Positions 1-9,804 of a stretch of 64,000 bases of DNA are shown here, piece by piece (position 1 is the first letter of the stretch; each line of letters starts with the position of its first letter). This DNA is from Candidatus Latescibacterota bacterium (GTDB lineage Bacteria > Latescibacterota > UBA2968), in the NCBI GenBank assembly GCA_965208125.1, contig OZ242320.1:3904001-3968000 (forward strand), given 5' to 3'. A model generated the notes under the pieces. That model was not told the origin of the DNA. It made no database searches and was given only the letters and a program-made list of their open reading frames with translations. A program made the position numbers and the translations under genes.

Positions 1-371
1 ACAAGGGCAACCGCAAAGCCCTCCAGTACGCCAGCAAAAAATATGGGCAGGGTGAGATAGATATCCGGCAGATGCATGCCGCCGGCACCGTAAGGGTCAT
101 TGGTAATAAACACGTCGTCCGCATGTATTCTGCCTTCATATGCCCGGGTGAGTTCTGCGATGGCCACGGGAAACGAGCCGAGATGCAGCGCGGTCGTGAG
201 ACCCTGGGCGATCATTCTGCCTTTTGCGTCAAACAGCGCGGTGGAATAGTCCATGGAATCTCGCACCACTGATGAATAGGCACTGCGCATCAGCACAAGC
301 GCCATTGTATCAGCGATCATTTCCAGGGCGTTGCGAATGACTTCAAGAGTTACAGGGTCTGTCTTGTTCAT
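1..371 (-). CDS. Hydantoinase B/oxoprolinase family protein (N-terminal part; runs off window start)
   Basis: Manual minus-strand translation from ATG at 371: MNKTDPVTLEVIRNALEMIADTMALVLMRSAYSSVVRDSMDYSTALFD...FITNDPYGAGGMHLPDI, the typical HyuB N-terminus; lies directly downstream of hydantoinase A. Confidence 0.9.
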   Translation of the reverse strand, partial: MNKTDPVTLEVIRNALEMIADTMALVLMRSAYSSVVRDSMDYSTALFDAKGRMIAQGLTTALHLGSFPVAIAELTRAYEGRIHADDVFITNDPYGAGGMHLPDIYLTLPIFFAGVLEGFAVAL

Positions 372-392
372 GTCCACTCTCTCACACCGTGG

Positions 393-2501
393 TCAGGCAT
401 GTCGAAGAATGATGTTCTGGAAGCCGTCCAAAGATGCCTGCCAACCTGGCGGCACGACGGTGGTTGAGTCCAATTCTTCGATGATCAAAGGTCCTCCAGT
501 GGGCGCAGCGCAGAGGGATTGCCGTGAACAAACCACGGTTTTCAGGTCATCGCCGTCCGGCCCGAAAAAGGTTCTTCTGCAGCCGTTTTTTACGACGTTC
601 TCTTCCCGGTGATCCGCACGGAACAGGTCCCGGGGCTCATCCGCTCCGAACTCTCGAATGACGCTCGAGACAATCCTGAGGTTGACCAGTTCGATGGGGT
701 CATGGTTTGCCCGGTGGCCGTAGGTCGTGAGGTGCTCCTGCTCGAATGCCTCCGCCAATGTCGTTAGTTCCCCGGGTCCAAGCGGAACGCCGGGTGCAGG
801 CACGGTCAGCTCGGTGGTCTGGTTGACATAGCGCAAATCGGCAAGCCGCCGTACTCGAATCTGTTCGGGGCGATATCCTTCGGCAACGAGCGTCTCCACC
901 GCCTGCGACTCGAGTTCGGTATAGAGCCGGTTCAAGTCTTCGGGCCTGACCTCTTCCAGTCTGCGACACCAGGTTCGGACGGATTCATGCTCGGGTTCGG
1001 ACACAAGCAGCCCGAAGGCACTGAACAGGCCGGGATGCGGCGGAATAATCACCTCTCGCATGCCCAGAGCCTGTGCAAGGGTTGTGGCTACGAGGGGCCC
1101 GCACCCTCCGAACGCCAACAGGGCGGCCTCACGCGGATCTCTTCCGCGATACGTAGAAACGGACTTCACGGCCCGAATCATGGTCGCACAGGCCAGTGTA
1201 AAAGCCCCAAAGGCGGCCTTCATCAGACATTGTTGCATCGGTCTGGCCACTTTCTCCTCGAATATCCTCCTCGCTTGATCTGTCTCCAGTTTCATCTTCC
1301 CGCAAAGCAGAGCATCGGGACTGAGATAGCCGAGAAGGACGGCGGCGTCCGTGAAGGTCGGCTCATCGCCTCCAAGCCCGTAGCAGACGGGCCCGGGGTC
1401 AGCGCCGGCACTTTCCGGCCCGACCCGGAGCCGGCCGTGCCGGTCAACCGAAACGATACTCCCGCCGCCGGCTCCGATCTCCGCGATATCGATGACAGGC
1501 AGCTTGAGCGCATATCCTGCGCCTTTGACCAGGCGGCTGCTCAGGTTGATACCGGCACCGACTTCATATTCGGAAGTCCGGGCAACGGTTCCGTTCTCAA
1601 CTATGGCGGTCTTGGCGGTTGTGCCGCCCATGTCCAGGGTAATCACGTTTGTGTAGCCTGCTTTGCCGGCCATCCAGGCTGCGGCCATCACCCCGGCCGC
1701 GGGTCCGGATTCAATCAGGTGGGCGGGCTTCTTCTGCGCCGAGTCGGCTGTCATCACTCCGCCCCCTGAATGCAGAACCTCCAGCGGCGCACGAATGCCC
1801 ATTGACTGGAGTTGTTCGCTCAGGGAATTCAGATATCGCTGCACGACCGGCCCGAGGTAGGCATTAATCACTGTCGTGCTCGTACGCTCATATTCGCGGA
1901 TTTCAGGAAGGACCTCGCAGGAGGCGGTGACAAATACATCGGGAAGCGACTCCCGGGCCGCGGCGACCGCCCGGAGTTCGTGCTCCGGGTTGGCATAGGA
2001 ATGGAGCAGACAGATCGCCAGTGCTTCGATCTCCTGCTGCTGCACGGTGTTCAGGACATTTTCCAGGGACACCTGCTGGAGAGGTTCCCGCACCCCGCCG
2101 CGAGAGTCCATTCGTTCATCCAATTCGAATCGCAGGCGGCGTGGAACAAGAGGACTGGGCGGGCTGTAAAAAAGGTTGTAAAGCTCGGGGATCCGAATTC
2201 GTCGCATCTCGAGAACGTCTCGGAATCCTTTTGTCGTGATCAGGGCAGTCCGGGCTCCCTTGCCTTCCAGGATCGCATTTGTGGCAACAGTCGTGGCATG
2301 TGCGATTCTCTCAATGGAAACCTCTGAAATCCGGCGATCTTCAATCAATTCGCGAAGCCCCTGAATGATACCCCGGGCGTAGTCCTCCGGCGTGGAAAGG
2401 ACCTTCCGGACAGCGAGCGAACCGTCACTGCCCAAGACAGCAATGTCGGTAAATGTTCCGCCGATATCGATGCCGATATGAGATGATGGCGGTGATATCA
2501 T
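393..2501 (-). CDS. Hydantoinase A/oxoprolinase family ATP-dependent subunit
   Basis: GIDIGGTFTD, ATTVATNAILE, ESGPAAG, DMGGTT, GAGGGSI, GPESAGADPGP motifs; GGAGG RBS upstream. Confidence 0.93.
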   Translation of the reverse strand: MISPPSSHIGIDIGGTFTDIAVLGSDGSLAVRKVLSTPEDYARGIIQGLRELIEDRRISEVSIERIAHATTVATNAILEGKGARTALITTKGFRDVLEMRRIRIPELYNLFYSPPSPLVPRRLRFELDERMDSRGGVREPLQQVSLENVLNTVQQQEIEALAICLLHSYANPEHELRAVAAARESLPDVFVTASCEVLPEIREYERTSTTVINAYLGPVVQRYLNSLSEQLQSMGIRAPLEVLHSGGGVMTADSAQKKPAHLIESGPAAGVMAAAWMAGKAGYTNVITLDMGGTTAKTAIVENGTVARTSEYEVGAGINLSSRLVKGAGYALKLPVIDIAEIGAGGGSIVSVDRHGRLRVGPESAGADPGPVCYGLGGDEPTFTDAAVLLGYLSPDALLCGKMKLETDQARRIFEEKVARPMQQCLMKAAFGAFTLACATMIRAVKSVSTYRGRDPREAALLAFGGCGPLVATTLAQALGMREVIIPPHPGLFSAFGLLVSEPEHESVRTWCRRLEEVRPEDLNRLYTELESQAVETLVAEGYRPEQIRVRRLADLRYVNQTTELTVPAPGVPLGPGELTTLAEAFEQEHLTTYGHRANHDPIELVNLRIVSSVIREFGADEPRDLFRADHREENVVKNGCRRTFFGPDGDDLKTVVCSRQSLCAAPTGGPLIIEELDSTTVVPPGWQASLDGFQNIILRHA

Positions 2502-2611
2502 TTTCAGCCTCCTGATTCGGGCTCAGCTATCTTGATAGATTTGCATTTCTTCAGGCGTTAGCATAAACTCGGACTGAACGTTCAGCCGGTCCTTCATCCT
2601 CGGGACCGTCT

Positions 2612-5584
2612 TCACCACCTGATGGACACGGGCGTCAGCAGCCCGGCGGCCTGGCGTTCCCGTCGGGCCGTCGCGGCTTTCCCTTTCAGGAAGAGCTCAG
2701 GCTGGTTCAAACCCAATAGGTTCGTCGCGCAACTCGTGACCTCTAACTCGATCTCGTTCGGTCCCGGCAACACGAGATCGGTAAGGTCGAACGTGTAGGG
2801 GCGCCAGAGGCGCGGTGCGAGACGATGCCCGTTGACAATCAGTGCTGCCACTGCGGCGACCTCCTCTGCATGAGCCCAGACGCGGCCCCCCAGTGGCGGC
2901 AACTCGCATCGCCAGCGGTACCGTGCCGTGCCTGTGTAGTTTGGAAAGCCCGCCTCAGCCCATGACCCGGAGCCGAGACGCCCTCGTGTCTTGACCAGGC
3001 ACCCGTCGTCCACGCAGAAATCGCCGCGGATCGCTGTGAGTGGCGGCGTGTGAGGCCCATCCCATCCGGGTGTGCGGCTCCGGAACGTGACCACATTCTC
3101 GCCCGGCACGACCAGAGCACGGATGTCTGCCCGCAGGTTGCGCCAATCCCAGATCCGCGCCCACTCGAAGCCGGTGAGCGGACGTTCGTTGAGCTCGAGA
3201 TGAAACGCTTCGGTCAGATCCTCGGTCACGATCTCGACTGGCTCCGCACCTTCCTCGATTCGGAAGGTCCACTTGAGCTCATACTCGTCGCCGGGCTGAA
3301 CCGCACATGTGGCGGGGAAGTGCAGTCCGTCAAGGTACTGCCACTCCTCGGCATCGGACGTCCGGACCTGCCAGGCGGCGGCCAGTAAATTCGCCTCGAG
3401 GAGTGAGAACTCGGCCTCGCCCAACACCATCTCCTGCGTCCAGCTCTGCTCCGGTCCCCGGCTGGCGCAGCCCGGCCCGTCGGTCCGGGCTGCAATAAGC
3501 GTCTGGAACGGAGCTAGGTCAACGTTCGCGTCGATACTCCCGGCGTCCCCTGTTTCGGGATCAAGGACTGTGTTGACGTCAGCAGGCAAGGGCACGGACA
3601 CGCGCTCCGTTCCCTGGTTGTAGAGGAACAGCAGCGGCTCGCCGTCGAACACCCGCCGACTTGCCCGCACGGAGGACGGCATCTCGGGCAGGGCCCGGAA
3701 TTCGCGTGGAATGACGGCATCGAGGGCATTCCTCAGCGGGTCCCGGGCGTCGGGTGGCAGGTCGTTGCTCACGATCCAGGTCACGCGATCCCGGCCGAAG
3801 AGATGTGTGCCCGTCCCCTCCTGGAGTGCGGCGGCCGCTTCACGCCCCTCGTTGTCCGGCAGCGCCGAGAGATGATCGGTCACTCGTTTGAGGAGCGCGG
3901 GATCGCCTTCCGCCCAGCCGGGCACGCTGTTGACGAAGACCGTGCGTCCCCCGGCTTCCAGGAAACCTGCCAGCTTCTCTGCGATCTTCCGAGTCAGGCA
4001 AGTGACGTTTGGCAAGATCAGCAGTTCATACTCAGCCTCGGCGGTCAGAACGGTCCCACGGTCCACGTTCGCAGAAGCCAGGACGTCCTCGAAGAGGTAG
4101 TCGTAGTCGACTCCGAGTTCCAGGAGCAGGTTTGTCACAGCAAGGAAGGCTTGCTGCATCGCCTCGAAGGCGGGCGGTCCCGGGACTCCCCGGGCCAGGT
4201 CTTCCGCACTACCCGCCCACTCACAGAACGCTGTGGTGATCGGGTGCAGTACGGCGACCTTCCCGGTGGACCGTGACAGAGCCAGCGTTTGGCAGATACG
4301 CGCGACATAGTCGCCGAACGTCCGATAGAACGGCCAGAACGGATTCTGGTGGCCGTGTGAGGGTGGATACCCGCCCGGCAGCACCTTGCGCATGCCGGCG
4401 ATTGAGTAGTAGGCGCCCATGTACTGCAGGAGGTTGACACCGCCCAGGGAGAGCTTGTCGAAGATGATTTTCATCTGCTCGGGCGTGAGTTCCCAGCCGC
4501 TGCCCGTGTAGGTTTCGCAGAGCAGTCGGTCGCTTCCGAGCTGGCGGATGGCGGACCCCCCGCTCTTAGCGGCGACCATGAAGTGGTCGGCCTCGTGGTT
4601 CAGTCGAGGGAAGATGGCGTCGATCCCGGGGATGTCGAGCCAGCGGAGGCACCGGTAGAAATCTCCGAAGAAGAGAATGTTGTGGCGGAAAAGCTCCTCC
4701 CCCGAAAGGTGTCCCGTGAGCGTTAGCCCCTGCTCTCGGCACCACTCCGCGCACTGCCGGTAGTAGGCGCTCTCCAGGCGGTCGGTCAGGTAGTGCCAGT
4801 AGTCGCACCTGATTCTCCGGTAATCTCCCACGTTCGCCAGCAAGCTCGGGAGGTGCGCCGCGACGTCATAGCCATGGCGCTCAAGAAACGTTTCGCGCAT
4901 GCCATGAGTCCAGGGGAGAGGGCGCTCGGACTCGCCGTAGAAGCCGGCCAGGCAGTACGACACCTCATCCGTAAAGAGGCCGGCAATCGTCTTGCCCAGC
5001 TCTCCAGGGAAACGGCTACGGTAGGCTTCATGAGTGAGCTCGATGAATGCCCGTACCGTCTCCGGGTCGGAAACATCGCCGTAGCCCTCTTGCCCCCAGC
5101 AGAAGGGCGACCACTGCGCAAAAGGGCATACCCCATTCTGTGGCGTCTCGTGGAAGACGGTCGCTTTGCCCGATTCGTCCACGCATTGCCAGGCAGCGTG
5201 ATCGTCCTGGGGTTCATGCTCCGATGCCTGATCGTCGCTCGTCACCACGAGCATGCGACGATCAGGGTTGTCGCGGATCAGGTACCCGCCTGCGGAGCCG
5301 CTGGGCCAGTTGTATTCGTCATAGATCCAGAAGCGCATGCCGTGCTTCTTGGCCTCATCGACAGCCCAGCCGATGGCCTCGAACATTTCCTCGGACAGGT
5401 AATCGACCGGGAAACCGTACATGGGGTGGATGTAGAAATCGAGGATGCCTGCGTCCCTGAAGTCCCGTACCTGTCGGCGCACCTCGTCTTCCTCAAGCGG
5501 GGCGTTCCAGAACCACATGATGTGCGGACGGTAGTCGTCCCCAGGTGTGGCGAACTGCTTGATGAAGTCGTTGCTCAGGGGCAT
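2612..5584 (-). CDS. Large glycoside hydrolase, GH106 (alpha-L-rhamnosidase)-like with C-terminal sugar-binding domain
   Basis: RPHIMWFWN, WIYDEYNWPSG, GLFTDE, GYPPS..QNPFWP, C-terminal GSW...G.PNYTG and NLL...GLL.PV motifs; no signal peptide; visibly higher GC than neighbours. Confidence 0.72.
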   Translation of the reverse strand: MPLSNDFIKQFATPGDDYRPHIMWFWNAPLEEDEVRRQVRDFRDAGILDFYIHPMYGFPVDYLSEEMFEAIGWAVDEAKKHGMRFWIYDEYNWPSGSAGGYLIRDNPDRRMLVVTSDDQASEHEPQDDHAAWQCVDESGKATVFHETPQNGVCPFAQWSPFCWGQEGYGDVSDPETVRAFIELTHEAYRSRFPGELGKTIAGLFTDEVSYCLAGFYGESERPLPWTHGMRETFLERHGYDVAAHLPSLLANVGDYRRIRCDYWHYLTDRLESAYYRQCAEWCREQGLTLTGHLSGEELFRHNILFFGDFYRCLRWLDIPGIDAIFPRLNHEADHFMVAAKSGGSAIRQLGSDRLLCETYTGSGWELTPEQMKIIFDKLSLGGVNLLQYMGAYYSIAGMRKVLPGGYPPSHGHQNPFWPFYRTFGDYVARICQTLALSRSTGKVAVLHPITTAFCEWAGSAEDLARGVPGPPAFEAMQQAFLAVTNLLLELGVDYDYLFEDVLASANVDRGTVLTAEAEYELLILPNVTCLTRKIAEKLAGFLEAGGRTVFVNSVPGWAEGDPALLKRVTDHLSALPDNEGREAAAALQEGTGTHLFGRDRVTWIVSNDLPPDARDPLRNALDAVIPREFRALPEMPSSVRASRRVFDGEPLLFLYNQGTERVSVPLPADVNTVLDPETGDAGSIDANVDLAPFQTLIAARTDGPGCASRGPEQSWTQEMVLGEAEFSLLEANLLAAAWQVRTSDAEEWQYLDGLHFPATCAVQPGDEYELKWTFRIEEGAEPVEIVTEDLTEAFHLELNERPLTGFEWARIWDWRNLRADIRALVVPGENVVTFRSRTPGWDGPHTPPLTAIRGDFCVDDGCLVKTRGRLGSGSWAEAGFPNYTGTARYRWRCELPPLGGRVWAHAEEVAAVAALIVNGHRLAPRLWRPYTFDLTDLVLPGPNEIELEVTSCATNLLGLNQPELFLKGKAATARRERQAAGLLTPVSIRW

Positions 5585-5594
5585 CTATCACCTC

Positions 5595-6992
5595 TCAGTC
5601 ATTTTCGAATAATTCCGTCAGTATTGCCACCGTCGCTTCGACGATGCGCTCCAACGAGTCCGGCGCAAACTTGGCCCAGTAGGTGCAGTTGGCGTTGGTT
5701 TCGTGCCCTGGTCTTGCGCAGGCGTCGCTCGTGGGGAGGTAGCCGACGTATTGCGTGGACATGTGAGCGATGAAGGTGAGCTTCGCAGGCGACCTGGTCT
5801 TAATCTCCAATTGACCTTCCACGAACGGCTCGCCGGGCAGAGAAATGATAGCCATGTCGCCGATGCGGAAGACCTGGATTTCATACATGAATTGCGGCTC
5901 ACGATTTCGGCAAAGCTCGATGCTTTTCGTCGATGCGGCATGAAACCATGTGGGATCTACTTCGCCGTTGTCTTGTAGTTTCAGCGTTGGGTGTTCGGCC
6001 AGAATGCGGTTGACCTGGTCTTGCCGATCGTTGGGAATATCGCGATACGCCAGAGGGATTTTTTTGAAACGCCAATCGATCGAATCAACGTCTGCAAAGC
6101 TCAGCGATTCGATGACGGCCTGTGTGGTGTCCGCCAATTCATTCCCCATGCGCACGTGGTCGGGCGTGAAGTTGGGGGTAAAGGCAGGCCATGGATTGAC
6201 GTTGCCACAACATCCGTTGATGACCATGGGCGGGCAAGTCAGACTGTTCAGGTCTTTGACTTTTGCGCTCCACGCGCCGGGCCAGTCGGCGCAGACGGTA
6301 TTTTTTTCCCGAGCAAACACGTTGACCGGATGACAGGTAAAGTGCAGCAGCATCGCGGCCACATCACCCGCGGCCGATTGCGCGCACCACACACCCACCT
6401 GTGGGTCGGCAGGGCCTTCCATGTAAACGATGTCTGTCGGCCCCAGGGGTTTGGCGTCACTGGTGAAGGGCCACGGCATGCAGATATTGCCGCCGCGCAT
6501 CACGCCACGCCGATTAAAGGCCAGGTCGTCGCGAACGGCATGCCCCATGGCGACCTGCACTGGCGTTAACGCATCGTTCGCTTCCCGGATCGCGCGGGTC
6601 GCGCCGGCGACGGCCTGCTTCGTATAAGCGGCTTCACTACCGGTGATGTGCTCCTGATTAGCTCTCAGGTCAAGCGGGAAATCCGGGTCGAGCATGAGGG
6701 CGCCGCAACTCGGTGCCGAGTGATTCTGCAACGAATGCACCATCACGGCGTGGGGTTCAAAGCCCAGCGCGACAGCGCTTTCTCGAATGGCCCGGGTGTA
6801 GGGCAAAGTAACCGCCAACGTGTCTAACGTGATGATACACAATTTCGCGTCTTTGGCCTGGGCGACCATCACTTTGGCGTAAAGTGGATCGAGGATTTTT
6901 CGAGCAGGGCGGTGTTCTCCCATGCCGCTTCCGGCCAGGTGCGTGCCCAAAGGCGGTGTGATGCCGACGGCGGCTTGGCCTATTTGAAGCAT
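5595..6992 (-). CDS. Neutral/alkaline ceramidase-like amidohydrolase (hypothetical)
   Basis: ITPP, DPLYAK, H..HSAP, FTCHP, GCCGNVNP, LPGEPFVE, YVGYLPT motifs of the ceramidase-like fold. Confidence 0.7.
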   Translation of the reverse strand: MLQIGQAAVGITPPLGTHLAGSGMGEHRPARKILDPLYAKVMVAQAKDAKLCIITLDTLAVTLPYTRAIRESAVALGFEPHAVMVHSLQNHSAPSCGALMLDPDFPLDLRANQEHITGSEAAYTKQAVAGATRAIREANDALTPVQVAMGHAVRDDLAFNRRGVMRGGNICMPWPFTSDAKPLGPTDIVYMEGPADPQVGVWCAQSAAGDVAAMLLHFTCHPVNVFAREKNTVCADWPGAWSAKVKDLNSLTCPPMVINGCCGNVNPWPAFTPNFTPDHVRMGNELADTTQAVIESLSFADVDSIDWRFKKIPLAYRDIPNDRQDQVNRILAEHPTLKLQDNGEVDPTWFHAASTKSIELCRNREPQFMYEIQVFRIGDMAIISLPGEPFVEGQLEIKTRSPAKLTFIAHMSTQYVGYLPTSDACARPGHETNANCTYWAKFAPDSLERIVEATVAILTELFEND

Positions 6993-7211
6993 AGCACAAC
7001 ATCCTTGACGGGGAATGACCGGGTTTTTGGCTGAATTAATTCAATATACTCTGTATTTATGGTGAGTAATACTGAAATCGAACTGGGTAAGGCAAGCGTT
7101 ATTTGAATTATAACTTGCACCATCACCCCATCAGGGATAAATTGCAGACGAAGGTCGTTTAACCTATCCATATCGTCATAGGAATAAAAGCCGAGATCAC
7201 TAATTATCTTT

Positions 7212-8048
7212 ATGCACTGGCTCTTTTTTTCTATTATCCTCGACTTCGGTTTTGTCCAGCTTTTCAAGCTGGGACAAAGACGCGGCTGTTACGCGCCAGT
7301 GGTTGTTTCTGTAAACTACCTCGTCTTGGCTCTCGCAATTGCCATTTATCTCTTTGTTACCGATGCGTGGACATTTCCCCGTCTTGCCCTTTATACGGGG
7401 TTGGGAACTGGTACGGTTTTTATCAGTTCCATGTTGCTGATGAATCACGCGCTTACCCTCGCGCCTATCGGTTCTGTGGTTACGGCTTTTCGAATGTCCA
7501 TTGTCGTGCCCATTGTGCTGGGTATTTATCTCTGGGGCGAGTCTATGGCCCCAACGCAGTTTGTGGGGCTGCTTCTCGCGCTCAGTGCTCTGGCACTTAT
7601 GACTTCTCATCCGGGCAGAACCGCGCAAGTCAGAGGAATAAGAGCGTTTGGGTTGCTTATCGCGGTTTGTCTCTGTCAGGGTATAAGCCATACGTGCTTG
7701 CGATCTGTTCACTACAATGGTCTCGATCCCGTCTATTTACATGTCTTGATGTTCATCGGAGCAACCGCTGGACTGATAGGTGGTGTTGTCATTGCCCTGA
7801 AAAAACACCGACCACAAGGACCTGCGGTCAAACTCGGCGTTTTCATCGGTCTTTACAATGTCCTGGCGCTTTGCGTCATTATGACCGCATTAAGCAAGTT
7901 GCCAGGCACGCTTTTTTTTCCGACATTGGGATGTAGCGTTGTTGTGCTGGATAACCTCTTTGCCCATTTCTACTGGAAAGAACGCCTCGCCCGACCCGCG
8001 ATAGCCGGTGTGGGGATCGCTGTTCTTGCCGTTCTTCTGGTTTTGTGA
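7212..8048 (+). CDS. DMT/EamA family transporter
   Basis: 278 aa, about 10 hydrophobic helices in two repeats (LWGES.../YWKER...). Confidence 0.78.
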   Translation: MHWLFFSIILDFGFVQLFKLGQRRGCYAPVVVSVNYLVLALAIAIYLFVTDAWTFPRLALYTGLGTGTVFISSMLLMNHALTLAPIGSVVTAFRMSIVVPIVLGIYLWGESMAPTQFVGLLLALSALALMTSHPGRTAQVRGIRAFGLLIAVCLCQGISHTCLRSVHYNGLDPVYLHVLMFIGATAGLIGGVVIALKKHRPQGPAVKLGVFIGLYNVLALCVIMTALSKLPGTLFFPTLGCSVVVLDNLFAHFYWKERLARPAIAGVGIAVLAVLLVL

Positions 8049-8061
8049 ACAGGAGCTTTTT

Positions 8062-9399
8062 ATGAGCCGACCCAATATTGTTTTTGTATTCGCCGATGAC
8101 TGGGGATGGGGCGATTTGAGTTGTTATGGACATCCCCATGCCAGGACGCCAAATCTGGACCGCCTCGCCGCACAGGGTACTCTTTTTTCTCAATTCTACG
8201 TTTGCTCTGGGGTTTGTTCCCCAAGCCGTGCCGCTGTTATGACCGGGCGTTTTCCAGCGCACTGGGGCATACACGGGCATTTTGCGCAGCACGAACAAAA
8301 CGCGTCACGGGGCATGCCCAATTTTCTCGATCCCGATGCGGTTACAGTTACTGGTCTGTTACAACAAAGCGGTTACGCAGTGGGACACTTTGGCAAGTGG
8401 CATCTCGGTAGCGGCAAGGGCGCGCCCGCGCCTTATGATTACGGTATTGACGAGAGTAAAATTAATGTGGGAAATGGCCCGTTGCTCGATTTTACCGATT
8501 TGCAGACTGGCGAGGGCCGCAGCCGCTCTACAGAGGTGATTATTGACGAAACGATTGGTTTTATTGAGCGCAACAAAAACGAGCCTTTTTTTGTTCAGGC
8601 ATGGCTCAACGATACCCACGCGATTCTCGATCCGACTGAAGAACAGATGGAGCCTTACAAGCAATTCACGGCGAATGGTCTGGAAGACAAACACAAGGGC
8701 GCGTTGCGGATTTACTATTCGGTTGTTACCAATGCAGACCGCCACATTGGCCGCCTGATGGATAAACTCGACGAATTGAATTTGAGCGATAATACCATTG
8801 TCATTTTTTCTGCGGACAACGGTCCCGAAGATATCCATATTCGCAATGCCACGCATAGCGGCGTCGGTTCTTCCGGTCCTTTTCGCGGTCGCAAACGCAG
8901 TCTCTATGAAGGCGGTGTGCGTACGCCTTTTATTATTCGCTGGCCCAATGGCGTTTCTGCCGGGCGGATTGATAACGATACGCCGATTTGCGCGGTCGAT
9001 TTTTTGCCCACTTTTTGCAATCTGGCTGGCGTTGATATCGGTGGTCTGGTGCTCGACGGGGAAGATATGACCGATGCATTGCGCGGTCACAGTGTTATAA
9101 GAAAAAAACCGCTTATGTGGGAATGGCGGTTCAATATTGCCGGACATTGTTTGCACAAAAGCCCCATGCTTTCCATCCGCGAAGGCGATTGGAAATTGCT
9201 TTTGAATCCCGACCGCAGCCGCGTCGAACTTTTCAATATTCCGCGAGATCCTATGGAACTCAACAATCGCGCAGAATATATGCCAGAGCGCGTCGCGGAA
9301 ATGGCTGATCGGGTGCTGGCATGGCAAGATACCCTGCCCGAAGGTCCGATTGATGCCAATGCGGGGTCCAATGCGTATCCCTGGCCCGGCACGTTTTAG
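8062..9399 (+). CDS. Cys-type sulfatase
   Basis: RPNIVFVFADDWG, CSPSR formylglycine motif, GKWHLG, SADNGP, KRSLYEGG; start moved to ATG 8062 after AGGAG RBS. Confidence 0.95.
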   Translation: MSRPNIVFVFADDWGWGDLSCYGHPHARTPNLDRLAAQGTLFSQFYVCSGVCSPSRAAVMTGRFPAHWGIHGHFAQHEQNASRGMPNFLDPDAVTVTGLLQQSGYAVGHFGKWHLGSGKGAPAPYDYGIDESKINVGNGPLLDFTDLQTGEGRSRSTEVIIDETIGFIERNKNEPFFVQAWLNDTHAILDPTEEQMEPYKQFTANGLEDKHKGALRIYYSVVTNADRHIGRLMDKLDELNLSDNTIVIFSADNGPEDIHIRNATHSGVGSSGPFRGRKRSLYEGGVRTPFIIRWPNGVSAGRIDNDTPICAVDFLPTFCNLAGVDIGGLVLDGEDMTDALRGHSVIRKKPLMWEWRFNIAGHCLHKSPMLSIREGDWKLLLNPDRSRVELFNIPRDPMELNNRAEYMPERVAEMADRVLAWQDTLPEGPIDANAGSNAYPWPGTF

Positions 9400-9402
9400 A
9401 AT

Positions 9403-9804
9403 ATGGACGCACGTAAAACTGTACACGCCTATTTTGACGCGCTTACTGCGGAAGACGCCCGGCGATTGATCGGTCTTATGTCTCGTGCGCCCTATTATGT
9501 CAAAATAGGTACAGATGAAAACGAATATATCCAGGGTTGTGAAAATATGCCCGAGTACTATCGTCACCATGTGGATAGTACAGAGGATTTTGCCATTACA
9601 TGCGATTATCTCGATGTTCAGGAGCGCGAGGCAGTTGCATGGTTTTACACACGTCAGACCTGGAATCTCAAATGGCAGGGCCAGCGCGAACAATTGGCTA
9701 TGCGTTTGACGGGTGTTCTCGAAAAAGAAGATGATCAGTGGAAATTTGTTCAGATCCACGCTTCACTCGGTGTACCTGAATCAGGAGATATGCACGATGG
9801 ATGA
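9403..9804 (+). CDS. SnoaL/NTF2-like protein
   Basis: IGTD..E, R.TGVLEK....WKFVQIHAS motif. Confidence 0.8.
   Translation: MDARKTVHAYFDALTAEDARRLIGLMSRAPYYVKIGTDENEYIQGCENMPEYYRHHVDSTEDFAITCDYLDVQEREAVAWFYTRQTWNLKWQGQREQLAMRLTGVLEKEDDQWKFVQIHASLGVPESGDMHDG

Noticed and set aside
6980-7267. 95-aa minus-strand ORF in AT-rich spacer
   Set aside because: Overlaps both neighbours, no motifs; more likely a divergent promoter region
8359-9759. 466-aa antisense ORF
   Set aside because: Shadow of the sulfatase and SnoaL genes; no motifs. The same applies to 12908-13819, 25225-26403, 32959-33870 and 53017-54111
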